This document shows positions 1 to 8,647 of a DNA stretch of 46,566 bases, piece after piece. How positions within the stretch are numbered: the stretch's first letter is position 1; the number at the start of each line of letters is the position of its first letter. Under the pieces are notes generated by a model. It was not told the DNA's origin, made no database searches, and was given only the letters and a program-made list of their open reading frames with translations. The DNA comes from Candidatus Sumerlaeota bacterium (GTDB taxonomy: Bacteria; Sumerlaeota; Sumerlaeia; Sumerlaeales; Sumerlaeaceae), in contig JADFCV010000012.1 in assembly GCA_017161655.1 (NCBI GenBank), forward strand, positions 22,118 to 68,683, given 5' to 3'. The translations under genes and the position numbers were made by a program.

Positions 1-295
1 CTGGGACAAAGCCCGTGCGGTGTGCGCACGCAACGCGAATAATGTCGAAACGCGAGGCCGCTCCCTTAACAATTCGAGTCAGCTCTCGTTCGGCAAGGGT
101 CTCGTGCCACTCGTAGTGCAAACCTTTGATCGGTGTGCCATTTTCCAACGGTCGTACGATCCCGTGAAAGCTCACGAGAGCGCCGTGAGGCTCTGCACTG
201 GCGAAGCGGATGAGTTCATCCAGGCTCAGGGGGATGTCGGGTGGAACCAGCCGGCAAAAGGCTTGGGGCGGCGACGTCTTCTTTGGCTGCGACAT
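1..295 (-). CDS. moaE: Molybdopterin synthase catalytic subunit MoaE (3' end runs off the window)
   Basis: Not in the ORF track. Manual translation from ATG 295 gives MSQPKK...HGALVSFHGIVRP...GLHYEWHETLAERELTRIV...DIIRVACAHRTGFVP, matching MoaE motifs (GAxVxFxGxVR, LxYE, HRxG). Directly downstream of moaD. Confidence 0.9.
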   Translation of the reverse strand, partial: MSQPKKTSPPQAFCRLVPPDIPLSLDELIRFASAEPHGALVSFHGIVRPLENGTPIKGLHYEWHETLAERELTRIVKGAASRFDIIRVACAHRTGFVP

Positions 296-300
296 GTTGT

Positions 301-552
301 TTAGCCTCCACTAAAGGGTGGCATGACGTCAACAATGTCGCCATCGTTCACCGAACATTTCGGGTCAGCAAATTCACCGTTTTTCGCATAACGCACGGAG
401 GAAAGATGCTCGCGAAGGTCGGGATGGCGAGCAAGGAGTTCTGCGACGACGGTCCCGATCGTGGGAGTACTCTCGGCATTGAGTGAAACCATGATCCGCT
501 CTGTGCCTACAATTTCACGGAGGCGTTGGTAGAATCGCACAGAGACCTTCAC
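301..552 (-). CDS. moaD: Molybdopterin synthase sulfur carrier subunit MoaD/ThiS family
   Basis: GTG start at 552 overlaps the upstream TGA (GTGA). MKVSVRFY...LREIVG...GDIVDVMPPFSGG with a C-terminal GG. The longer ORF start at 678 is unlikely. Confidence 0.92.
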   Translation of the reverse strand: MKVSVRFYQRLREIVGTERIMVSLNAESTPTIGTVVAELLARHPDLREHLSSVRYAKNGEFADPKCSVNDGDIVDVMPPFSGG

Positions 553-1400
553 TGCGCGGACACCTCGCCGACAGGTATGGGGCTGGGCTGCGCCGCTGGT
601 GAATCTAAGCCCAGTTGGCGACGGAATGTGATGATCGCGGAGCGCAGCTCTTCGATATCGATGAAAGCCCCTTTGCACGGGCCGAGTGGGCGTTTGTTGG
701 CGATTCCGATGACGGGCAATTGATAACCGACATCACGAATCCCGGTGACGAGATCGCGCTCGCAGGCAATGCCGATAATCGCGGCGGGTTTGAGTTGAAC
801 AATCTTTTGCCGCGCTAGCGCCCCGTTGGGCGCAACGTAAAAGTCACAGTCGTATGCGCTCACCGTGGCGCGAATTTCGTCAATGTTCGAACGCTCGATG
901 CAGCGAGGTGCAAGGCACAGAATGCGGCCATTAGACTCGATGCGACGGCGGTGCGAGGACAAGGCGTTATGAATTTCTACGAGGGAGTAGCCCACGCGAT
1001 CTTTGGAAACTCCGAAAAGCTTGGCAAACCGCTCGAGCCAAACAAAACGGACAAAGAGTTGATGGGTGATCTTCTCGGCCAAAGCCAGGGGATGTCCTGT
1101 GACGACAGCCAGGGCGAGGCAGATGAGAGCGATGAGGGCGAGGGCAAACGCCAGACCTAGCAACACAGCGCAGGCAGGAACGATTCCCGGATGGAGAGAA
1201 TCTAAGCGCGGAGCGACAGCCCAAAGGGCACCAGCGACAAACAAAAAGAAGACGAAAATCTCACCTGCGGCAAGCAGAAGTACGAGGCGTTTCGGTTCGC
1301 GAATGAATCCCTCATGGGCATCGATGTCGCCGTCCCAGCCATACCATTCGTGACCAAGCTTGCGATCGGTGAGATTCTGTTCAAATTTTGGCTGTGTCAT
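549..1400 (-). CDS. DUF116-family membrane protein (Cys-containing)
   Basis: Two N-terminal TM segments, then LAPRC...C...APNGALAR...PAAIIGIACERDL..G...PVIGIAN.RP.GPC, the pattern typical of DUF116 proteins. Confidence 0.75.
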   Translation of the reverse strand: MTQPKFEQNLTDRKLGHEWYGWDGDIDAHEGFIREPKRLVLLLAAGEIFVFFLFVAGALWAVAPRLDSLHPGIVPACAVLLGLAFALALIALICLALAVVTGHPLALAEKITHQLFVRFVWLERFAKLFGVSKDRVGYSLVEIHNALSSHRRRIESNGRILCLAPRCIERSNIDEIRATVSAYDCDFYVAPNGALARQKIVQLKPAAIIGIACERDLVTGIRDVGYQLPVIGIANKRPLGPCKGAFIDIEELRSAIITFRRQLGLDSPAAQPSPIPVGEVSAQ

Positions 1401-1546
1401 GCTGTGAGACTCCGTGCGTTGAAACAGTACTAGATCAAAGCTATTTTAGTCCGGTTGCCCCGTTCTTGTTCACAGGTTGTGCGTGCAGCGCGTATATTTC
1501 CATGTTTCATCGAAGAAACACAAGGGAGTGCGCTGTCAAGTTATCC

Positions 1547-1594
1547 AAAAACAACGACCGGCATGACCCGGTGCGCGAGGTCATGCCGGCGTTG
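1547..1594 (-). terminator. Rho-independent terminator of the 1613..2422 gene
   Basis: 11-bp stem CCGGCATGACC/GGTCATGCCGG extended by CAACG/CGTTG, followed on the minus strand by a T-run (AAAAA at 1547-1551). Confidence 0.75.
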
Positions 1595-1612
1595 GGAGGG
1601 GTAAGGGGCCGC

Positions 1613-2422
1613 CTACTTCAGTTTTTCGGCGAGCTCTGTGGGGGAAACTTTTTGCATGAACTGCATCAACGGCGCGCCTTTTGGATCGTAAATGTTGATG
1701 ACGCCAGCTCGATAGACTCCTAGCTGGTAAGCGAGTTTATTCTGTTCCATGAAATTGACGCGCACCGGTACGTAGTTTTGTTTCAGGATCGCTTCGACTT
1801 CTGGGGCTTCTAGCACTTGCTCGAAATAGTCGCTCATTTTGCTGCCGCGCATAAAGAAAAAGATGAGGATGCGTTTGTTCTGTTCTGCGGCACGCTTTTG
1901 CGCTGCCGGGATGCTCGTAAGCCACTCGAGCGTGGAGGTACTCTTTTTTGCGCCAGCCTGAGTGAGGGCTGGTGGCATGGGGGTGGGGGCGGGCACGTTT
2001 TTCCCCAGACGCAGCACATTGTTCTTGCTGCCAAGTCCGTTATCAACGCGATCCATATTGAGAGGGTCAAGCACCCACTCCGATCCCTCTTCCACAAATT
2101 TGTACTCGTGCACGCCTTCCGGGAGATTCACTGTGATAAAGAAAAGATTGCCATAACGTTGCATCTGATCTTTATTCGTCGCCCAGTCGTTGAAAGTGCC
2201 AGCCAAAAAAACCTGGGAAGCGGCAGACTGATATTTGAACGTGACGTCGTAAGTCCCATCAGGGCGCGGCCGAATGTCTACGGAAGGAGGGGGCGTGTAG
2301 GCGGGTGCCGCAGACTGAGCCAGGGGACTTCCTGCACCGACGAGGAAAGCCATAAGCGCGGCGGTGAAAAGCCATCTCCTTAGGTAGTAGGAGAACTGCG
2401 ACATTGTATATACCCTTTTCAT
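1613..2422 (-). CDS. Secreted protein: CBM48/AMPK-beta-like glycogen-binding domain plus cysteine-less thioredoxin-like C-terminal domain
   Basis: Signal peptide; VTF...VFLAGTFNDW...LPEGVHEYKFV..G.EW..DP.N (CBM48/early-set pattern); Pro-rich linker; C-domain W...AQKRAAEQNKRILIFFF...SKMS. Confidence 0.8.
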   Translation of the reverse strand: MKRVYTMSQFSYYLRRWLFTAALMAFLVGAGSPLAQSAAPAYTPPPSVDIRPRPDGTYDVTFKYQSAASQVFLAGTFNDWATNKDQMQRYGNLFFITVNLPEGVHEYKFVEEGSEWVLDPLNMDRVDNGLGSKNNVLRLGKNVPAPTPMPPALTQAGAKKSTSTLEWLTSIPAAQKRAAEQNKRILIFFFMRGSKMSDYFEQVLEAPEVEAILKQNYVPVRVNFMEQNKLAYQLGVYRAGVINIYDPKGAPLMQFMQKVSPTELAEKLK

Positions 2423-2614
2423 TAGAACGATCCAAAAATTCGAAAAAATCCGCGCATTCTGTCAAGAGACTTTTTTGAAAAAAATAGAATTCAATTTCAC
2501 TCACAGACGGGGCAAGGGATGAGTGGGTAAACTATTTGCCAGCAATGATTTCAGAGGTAGCCCACGCGGCTCCGGACATGAGCTTAGGAATCCCCTTTTT
2601 GAAGACGTCTAACG

Positions 2615-2650
2615 AAAAAGCAGAGGGAACGCCAGTGCTTTCCCTCTGCT
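2615..2650 (-). terminator. Rho-independent terminator of the 2673..3704 gene
   Basis: Stem AGCAGAGGGAA/TTCCCTCTGCT with a T5 tail on the minus strand. Confidence 0.75.
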
Positions 2651-2672
2651 CTCATTGACATTGGTTTTTTTG

Positions 2673-3704
2673 CTACTGGGCTTTTAGTTTAGCCGCGAGC
2701 TCGCTTGGCGTGAGGCGTTCGGTGATCTGGAACAGAGCATTTCCCTGGGCATCATAGACGTTGATCACGCCTGCTTTAAACACGCCGAGGCTGTATGCAA
2801 TTTTGGTGTTCTCCAGGAAATTCAGGCGTGCGAGAACATAGTTGTTTTTCAGAATCTCCACGACTTCAGGGCTCGCGAGATTCTTCTCGAGGTCTTGTGA
2901 GCGTGCGCTCGTTGGGGCGAAGAAGAACAGCAAGATCCGCTTGTTTGTTCCGGCTGCTTCTCTTTGCGCATCCTGAATATTCTCGAACCATTTTAGCTGT
3001 CCGACCACAGTTGGCGCAGTCTGTGGGGGCGGAGCACTCCCACCCCTCGAAGGAGTGACCGTGGCAAGGGCCGCTTGCCCGGGATCTTCGAGGGGTTTTG
3101 ATGAGAATCGCACAGCATCGGCATAAACCTGGCCGTAGTTTTTCGGAGAAACAGGTTTCACACTGGCGTCCACGCGGAGCTCGACGTACTGCTCGTTGCC
3201 GGCGTCGAAATCATAATCCCCAATCAAGACCCACGTGTTGGCGTTGCTAATACCGGTTTCTGTACTGCCCCACCCGTCTTGAGTCAATTCTTTGGTGTCA
3301 GAGCCTTTCGCATGTTTGACAATGTATTTTACCGGTGTTGCATTCGCGGCGCGCGGCCATGTGGCGTAAACATAGTAATGGCCTGGTGAACGAAAGCGTG
3401 GATAAAATCTCGCAGCAGCCGGCTCAGGGGTCCCCTTTGGATCTGGATTGTCGGGGGTGCCCATAGAAAACAGGTATTTTCGAGAACCACACTTGTTGCC
3501 GTCCGTGCATCCTGGCGCCCGACTCTTCGCTGTTGTAGCGGGCGTTTTGCTGTCCATCCATTTGCCTTCGATCTCTTCGTAATGATCGAAATTTTGTCCT
3601 TCTTTCTGTGTTTCGATGATGATATCTTGTGCTTGAAGAGTCGTGACCCCGAGACAGACTACTGCTGCCGCGAGACATCGCGCACCGTTTTTCATGGAAA
3701 ACAC
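2673..3704 (-). CDS. Secreted protein: Golvesin/xanthan-lyase-CBD-like beta-sandwich plus cysteine-less thioredoxin-like C-terminal domain
   Basis: Signal peptide (..LQA-QD); GHYYVYATW...NATPVKYIVKH..G...NTWVLIGDYDF.AG...V.ADAVRF matches the Golvesin-like CBD pattern; C-domain is paralogous to that of 1613..2422. Confidence 0.75.
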   Translation of the reverse strand: MFSMKNGARCLAAAVVCLGVTTLQAQDIIIETQKEGQNFDHYEEIEGKWMDSKTPATTAKSRAPGCTDGNKCGSRKYLFSMGTPDNPDPKGTPEPAAARFYPRFRSPGHYYVYATWPRAANATPVKYIVKHAKGSDTKELTQDGWGSTETGISNANTWVLIGDYDFDAGNEQYVELRVDASVKPVSPKNYGQVYADAVRFSSKPLEDPGQAALATVTPSRGGSAPPPQTAPTVVGQLKWFENIQDAQREAAGTNKRILLFFFAPTSARSQDLEKNLASPEVVEILKNNYVLARLNFLENTKIAYSLGVFKAGVINVYDAQGNALFQITERLTPSELAAKLKAQ

Positions 3705-3875
3705 CTCACACCCATCCTTTGTATCACATCACGAATAACTTGTCACAGAATTGCCTTGATCTAGCGTCTGCGCAGATGGGGTTTGTTGGGCAAGAGAAAT
3801 TTTTTCTTGTCATTTATTTTGCGCGCATTCGCTTGACATCAGTTTCATGCTGTTCGTGGAGTGCCGAACTGACTT

Positions 3876-4862
3876 ATGAAAATCATTGAAACAAAGAAAC
3901 TATCCAAAGTCTACACGCATGACTTTATTGATGTCGAGCATGGTCGGATTAAGTTTAACTTTTTCCGGCGCACCGTGGCGCTCGACGGTCTCGACCTGGA
4001 AGTTGGTGAAGGCGAGATCTTTGGCCTGCTGGGCCCGAATGGGGCGGGCAAATCCACGACCATAAAGATCCTCATGGGAATCATTTTTCCCACGAGTGGC
4101 ACAGCGCGGATCATGGAGCGTCCGCTAGGCGACAAGGAGGTCAAGGCCAAGATTGGTTTTCTCCCCGAGAATCCAGCGTTCTACGATTATCTCAAGGGGG
4201 AGGAATTCCTCGACTACTATGGCCAGCTCTACGGGATGCCGCGGTCGGTGCGCCGTAAACGCATTGACGAGCTCTTCGAGCTGGTTGGTTTGCCAGACCA
4301 TGCTCCGAATCTGCCGCTGAAAGGTTATTCGAAGGGCATGATCCAGCGCATTGGCTTAGCGCAGGCTCTGCTCAATGATCCCAAGCTCGTGGTGCTGGAT
4401 GAGCCGCAGTCGGGGCTCGATCCGCTGGGGCGCAAAGAAATTCGCGACATCATTTTGCGGCTCAAAGATCAGGGTAAAACAGTGTTCTTCAGTTCGCACA
4501 TTCTCTCGGATGCGGAGCTCATCTGCGACCGAGTGGCCATCGTCAATCGCGGTCGGCTGGTGGCGATGGGCGAGCTGAGTCATTTGCTGAGTCCGAAAAT
4601 CAAAGAGTACGAGTTGGTGGCAAGCGGCCTTTCGCGCGAGAGCCTCGACGTGCTCGAAAAACATGCGCGAAAGTTCATCGAACGAGAGCGGGATGTGCTG
4701 ATGATTCTGGAAAAGGAAGAGCTTGTGAAGGAGGCGTTGCGACGCATCGTGGCAGAAAACGCCAGCCTTGTGTCGCTGACCCCGCGTAGGGAAACGCTCG
4801 AAGAATACTTCATTCGCGAGGTGGCGCGCACAAATGCCCCGCGCGAGGAGGTACGTGCATAA
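3876..4862 (+). CDS. ABC transporter ATP-binding protein (ABC-2 type, PilH-like)
   Basis: Walker [10 protein letters not shown], signature YSKGM, Walker B VVLDEP, H-loop SSH. Confidence 0.93.
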   Translation: MKIIETKKLSKVYTHDFIDVEHGRIKFNFFRRTVALDGLDLEVGEGEIFGLLGPNGAGKSTTIKILMGIIFPTSGTARIMERPLGDKEVKAKIGFLPENPAFYDYLKGEEFLDYYGQLYGMPRSVRRKRIDELFELVGLPDHAPNLPLKGYSKGMIQRIGLAQALLNDPKLVVLDEPQSGLDPLGRKEIRDIILRLKDQGKTVFFSSHILSDAELICDRVAIVNRGRLVAMGELSHLLSPKIKEYELVASGLSRESLDVLEKHARKFIERERDVLMILEKEELVKEALRRIVAENASLVSLTPRRETLEEYFIREVARTNAPREEVRA

Positions 4863-5845
4863 TGATGAAGGTCCTAGCTATCGCGCTCAATACGTTCAAG
4901 GAAGCGGTTCGAAACAAGGTTCTCTACTTCCTTTTGATTTTTGCGCTGCTCATCATGGGCTTTTCAGGCGTCATCAGCGATCTTTCGATTGCTGCTCCGG
5001 AAAAGCTCATCAAAGACCTTGGCCTCGCCGCGATCGATTTCTTTGGTTTTCTCATCGCTGTGTTTGTCGGCGTTTACTTGGTCTACACCGAGCTGGACAA
5101 GAAAACGATTTACACGATCGTTTCCAAGCCAATCGACCGTTATCAATTTATCCTCGGAAAGTTTTTTGGCCTACTCATCACCATCTACGTGAACATGCTC
5201 ATCATGAGCATTTTCTTCTTCGCTGTGCTTTACTTCCGCGATGCCACGGATTTTGACAAAGTGATGAAGGCCATCTACCGCGAGGTGGCGCCAGGGCAGT
5301 TCGAGCCGATCGGCAATCCGCAGGTGCAATACTACCTCTATCACCTCAAGCAGTTTATCATTGCCGTAGGTAAGGGCATTGCCACGGTTTTCGGCTACTC
5401 GGAACCCATCACTCATCATCTGATGCGCGTGATCGGCATGAGTGCACTCGGCCTCGCGATCATCACGAGCTTTGCGATTCTTTACTCCACTTTCTCAACG
5501 CCGACGCTGAGCGCTGTTTTTACGTTCCTCACCTGGATTATCGGGAGTCTTTGCGAGGACATTTTGCGCTACGCCGAGCGCCTGGCACAGAAGGCCGGTG
5601 GTGTGCAGAACCTCGTGGGGCCGGACCTGCTGAAGTACTGGTTTGCTCAGGTGGCCATGCACATCGTGCCGAATCTGGCACTCTTCGACAAGCGCACGGA
5701 AGCCGTCTATGGGCCATGGGAAGTGGCCACCCCCAACATCCATAATGTGCCCATTGATTGGGTGTCAGTGGTCTATGGCCTCGTTTACGTGGCAGGGGTG
5801 CTTTGTTTGGCTTCGATGATTTTCAATCGGCGGAATTTCAAGTAA
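4862..5845 (+). CDS. ABC-2 type permease (PilI-like)
   Basis: AIALNTFKEAVRNK N-terminus, KDLGLA, ELDKKTIYTIVSKPIDR.QFILGKF.G, C-terminal F.RRNFK; multiple TM helices; TAATG coupling with the ATPase. Confidence 0.85.
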   Translation: MMKVLAIALNTFKEAVRNKVLYFLLIFALLIMGFSGVISDLSIAAPEKLIKDLGLAAIDFFGFLIAVFVGVYLVYTELDKKTIYTIVSKPIDRYQFILGKFFGLLITIYVNMLIMSIFFFAVLYFRDATDFDKVMKAIYREVAPGQFEPIGNPQVQYYLYHLKQFIIAVGKGIATVFGYSEPITHHLMRVIGMSALGLAIITSFAILYSTFSTPTLSAVFTFLTWIIGSLCEDILRYAERLAQKAGGVQNLVGPDLLKYWFAQVAMHIVPNLALFDKRTEAVYGPWEVATPNIHNVPIDWVSVVYGLVYVAGVLCLASMIFNRRNFK

Positions 5846-5849
5846 GCCT

Positions 5850-7154
5850 ATGCGACGCTCGATCCTTCAAAATATCGTACTGTTCTTTTGCTTCATCGCG
5901 TTTTTTGCGGCAGCGGTGACGATCCAGCACAAGAATCTGGAGAAGGTGAAGCTCAATCCGCCGTTCATCGAAACATGGATGCTCTCCGGGCGGAGCGGCG
6001 AACTCCTGAAGCTGCTGGCGTTACGATACGATTTGGTGGCGGCGGACTTCCTCTGGCTGCGGGCCATTCAGTCGTTTGGCGGGCGCGGGATGACAAACCG
6101 CGACTGGAAGCCCGTGTATAATATGTTCGATACGATCACTGAGCTGGATCCGTATTTCGAAACCGCTTACACCTTTGGGAATATGGTCATAGGCGACGAA
6201 GGAGGACGGCAGCGCGAGGGGCTTGGGCTTCTCAACAAAGGCATGTTCCGCCTTGTTCGTCAGTATCGCATTCCTTTTGAGGGAATGTACGTTGCCCATT
6301 GGCAGATGGGCGACACGAATCTTGCCCGCTGGTATGGACGTGTGGCGATGAAGCGGCAAGATGCGCCGAATTGGGTTCCTCGGGTGGTGGCGTACATTGA
6401 AGTCCAGGCAGGTTCTTACTACATTGGATTCGATCGGTTTGTGTCGAATCTTCTCCAAGGGCTGGACGCGAGCGATTTCGATATGCAGCGCATCGCTCTG
6501 AATAAGATCCAGGAAGCTATAGACAAGTGGAACAGGGCTTACCTTTCACGAGCCTATGACGAGTTTACGACGCGCACGGGCCGGCTTCCGCGACAAATCG
6601 AGGAGCTGGCAGATATGCCCGCCCTGAAGGAATACGAAGTGGCGCGGATGAGCAAATTCATCGCGGCAATGGAAAAACGCGCGCGTGCCATGAACAAGGA
6701 ATTTGCGATACATCCCGATCTTCGGAGGGGGTTGCCGTGGCCACCGCGCGAGGAGATCGAAGCCCCGCTTCCGGCGGACAGCGCTGCTAAGCCAGGCGTG
6801 AAATGGGAAGAGTTGCGCAACGAAATTTTCCGCGAGTCGCTCGTGAAGCAATCAGGGATTCCAGAAGATCCCTATGGTTCAAGGTACGTCATCAACCTCA
6901 GCTTTGCTGGTTACCCGTTTGCGAAAAAGGATGACATCATCACACACGAGACGGACCGCTTCGATTTCTTGAAGAACCTGCTTCAGGGTGTGCGCAATTC
7001 CATCGCTGAACGCAAGAAGATGCTTGGGCGTAATCCGGAATCATTGCGAGAGGTCTTTTACACCGATTTCCAAACGACCGAGCCCTATGGCGCCAGTTGG
7101 AAATACGATCCTGCGACAGGGGATTTCCGCTCCACCTCGCACCCGGAGTTGTGA
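5850..7154 (+). CDS. Membrane-anchored ABC accessory protein, PilG-like/TPR-like
   Basis: N-terminal TM; ADFLWLRAIQ.FG and ITELDPYF..AY.FG motifs resemble proteins encoded with pilHI-type ABC systems; co-operonic. Confidence 0.55.
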   Translation: MRRSILQNIVLFFCFIAFFAAAVTIQHKNLEKVKLNPPFIETWMLSGRSGELLKLLALRYDLVAADFLWLRAIQSFGGRGMTNRDWKPVYNMFDTITELDPYFETAYTFGNMVIGDEGGRQREGLGLLNKGMFRLVRQYRIPFEGMYVAHWQMGDTNLARWYGRVAMKRQDAPNWVPRVVAYIEVQAGSYYIGFDRFVSNLLQGLDASDFDMQRIALNKIQEAIDKWNRAYLSRAYDEFTTRTGRLPRQIEELADMPALKEYEVARMSKFIAAMEKRARAMNKEFAIHPDLRRGLPWPPREEIEAPLPADSAAKPGVKWEELRNEIFRESLVKQSGIPEDPYGSRYVINLSFAGYPFAKKDDIITHETDRFDFLKNLLQGVRNSIAERKKMLGRNPESLREVFYTDFQTTEPYGASWKYDPATGDFRSTSHPEL

Positions 7155-7299
7155 GCAGATTTCGCTCTCCTTTTTGCAAACGGGCAGAGAAGGAAGGACG
7201 ACTGCTGATGCTCACGCGTAGGCGCTGAGAATGATTGTCCCCGATAGAGCGTTTGGCTGACGTGCCAGCCTCACTTCGATGAGTGAGGGCAGGGAATGC

Positions 7300-7329
7300 T
7301 TGACGCCCTCTGCGCGGCTGAGCCATGAT
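7300..7329 (+). promoter_or_regulatory. Putative sigma70 promoter of sucB
   Basis: TTGACG (7300-7305), 18-nt spacer, CATGAT (7324-7329); ATG lies only 9 nt downstream. Confidence 0.45.
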
Positions 7330-7338
7330 TTCCGCACT

Positions 7339-8553
7339 ATGGCAACAGCAATCAAAGTTCCTTCGTTTGGGGAATCCATCACAGAGAGTACAGTGGCGCA
7401 ATGGCATAAGGCTGATGGCGAGTGGGTTGAAAAGGGGGACACGCTCGTCACGCTGGACACCGAGAAATCCTCAGCTGATCTCGAGGCCGAGGTCTCTGGT
7501 CGTTTGCGAATCTTGGTGAAGGAAGGAACAGACGTTCCGATTGGAAGCGTCATCGGGGAAATAGACGAAACAGCGCCTAAGGCGTCCAGCGCGGGATCCG
7601 AGTCCCAACCCGCCCAGACTTCCCACTTCGTGAAGGGTAACGAAGAGCAAGGTATCGGTGGTGAGACGGAGACTTCGACGGAGCCGCGTCCAGCCGAAGT
7701 TGCCGGGCCAGGCTTCTCGCTAGCGAAGGAGCGACCTACGGAACCTCCCGCGAGAGAATTCACAAAACCGGAGCCCCACACACCAAGAATCGAAATCGCA
7801 TCCGCCGCAGCAGAAACAAGCATGCAGGCGCCTGCCCTCCAGCCACAGGGTGATCGGAGCATAACGCGCAAACCCATGAGCAGACTCCGCAAGACCATTG
7901 CGAGGCGGCTCTTAGAGGCGCGCCAGCAAACGGCCATGCTTACGACGTTTGCGGAAGTGGATATGTCCGCTGTGCAAAAGCTTCGCGCGCGCTATCAGGA
8001 GGTATTCCTTGCGCGCCACGGCGTGAAACTCGGCCTCATGTCATTCTTTGTCAAAGCTGTGATCGAGGGGCTGCGTGCGTTTCCGGAGCTCAATGCGAGC
8101 ATCGAAGGCGATGACATTGTCTATCATCATTATTATGATATTTCGATAGCAGTGAGCACTGAGCGCGGACTGGTTGTGCCGGTGTTGCGCGATGCGGACA
8201 AGAAAAGCTTTGCGGAAATTGAAAAAGAGATTGCTGAGCTCGCGGCACGCGCCCGCGAGAATAAACTGACGCTGGCGGAGCTTGAAGGAGGGACGTTCAC
8301 GATTACGAATGGTGGGGTCTTTGGCTCATTACTCTCCACGCCCTTATTGAATCCGCCGCAAGTTGGCATTCTGGGCATGCATGCAATCGTGGACCGCCCA
8401 GTGGCGGTGGAAGGGCGCATCGAGATTCGCCCCATGATGTACCTGGCGCTGAGCTACGATCATCGTCTCATTGATGGGCGCGAGGCAGTGCAATTTCTTG
8501 GCCGCGTGAAAGAGTGCGTGGCCACACCAGAGCGGTTGGTGTTAGGGGTGTAG
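7339..8553 (+). CDS. sucB: Dihydrolipoyllysine-residue succinyltransferase (2-oxoglutarate dehydrogenase E2)
   Basis: Lipoyl domain ([12 protein letters not shown]...DTEKS), catalytic domain [12 protein letters not shown]...TAMLTTF...[19 protein letters not shown]...[15 protein letters not shown]. Start placed at ATG 7339. Confidence 0.93.
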   Translation: MATAIKVPSFGESITESTVAQWHKADGEWVEKGDTLVTLDTEKSSADLEAEVSGRLRILVKEGTDVPIGSVIGEIDETAPKASSAGSESQPAQTSHFVKGNEEQGIGGETETSTEPRPAEVAGPGFSLAKERPTEPPAREFTKPEPHTPRIEIASAAAETSMQAPALQPQGDRSITRKPMSRLRKTIARRLLEARQQTAMLTTFAEVDMSAVQKLRARYQEVFLARHGVKLGLMSFFVKAVIEGLRAFPELNASIEGDDIVYHHYYDISIAVSTERGLVVPVLRDADKKSFAEIEKEIAELAARARENKLTLAELEGGTFTITNGGVFGSLLSTPLLNPPQVGILGMHAIVDRPVAVEGRIEIRPMMYLALSYDHRLIDGREAVQFLGRVKECVATPERLVLGV

Positions 8554-8647
8554 GTGTGGATGCCCTTACCCGGCTCAGCCTCAGACATGCGGTGATTGCG
8601 TTTGGGTACTGTCCAGAAAAAGGGCTCAGCTTTGGAGCGGAGGGGCG

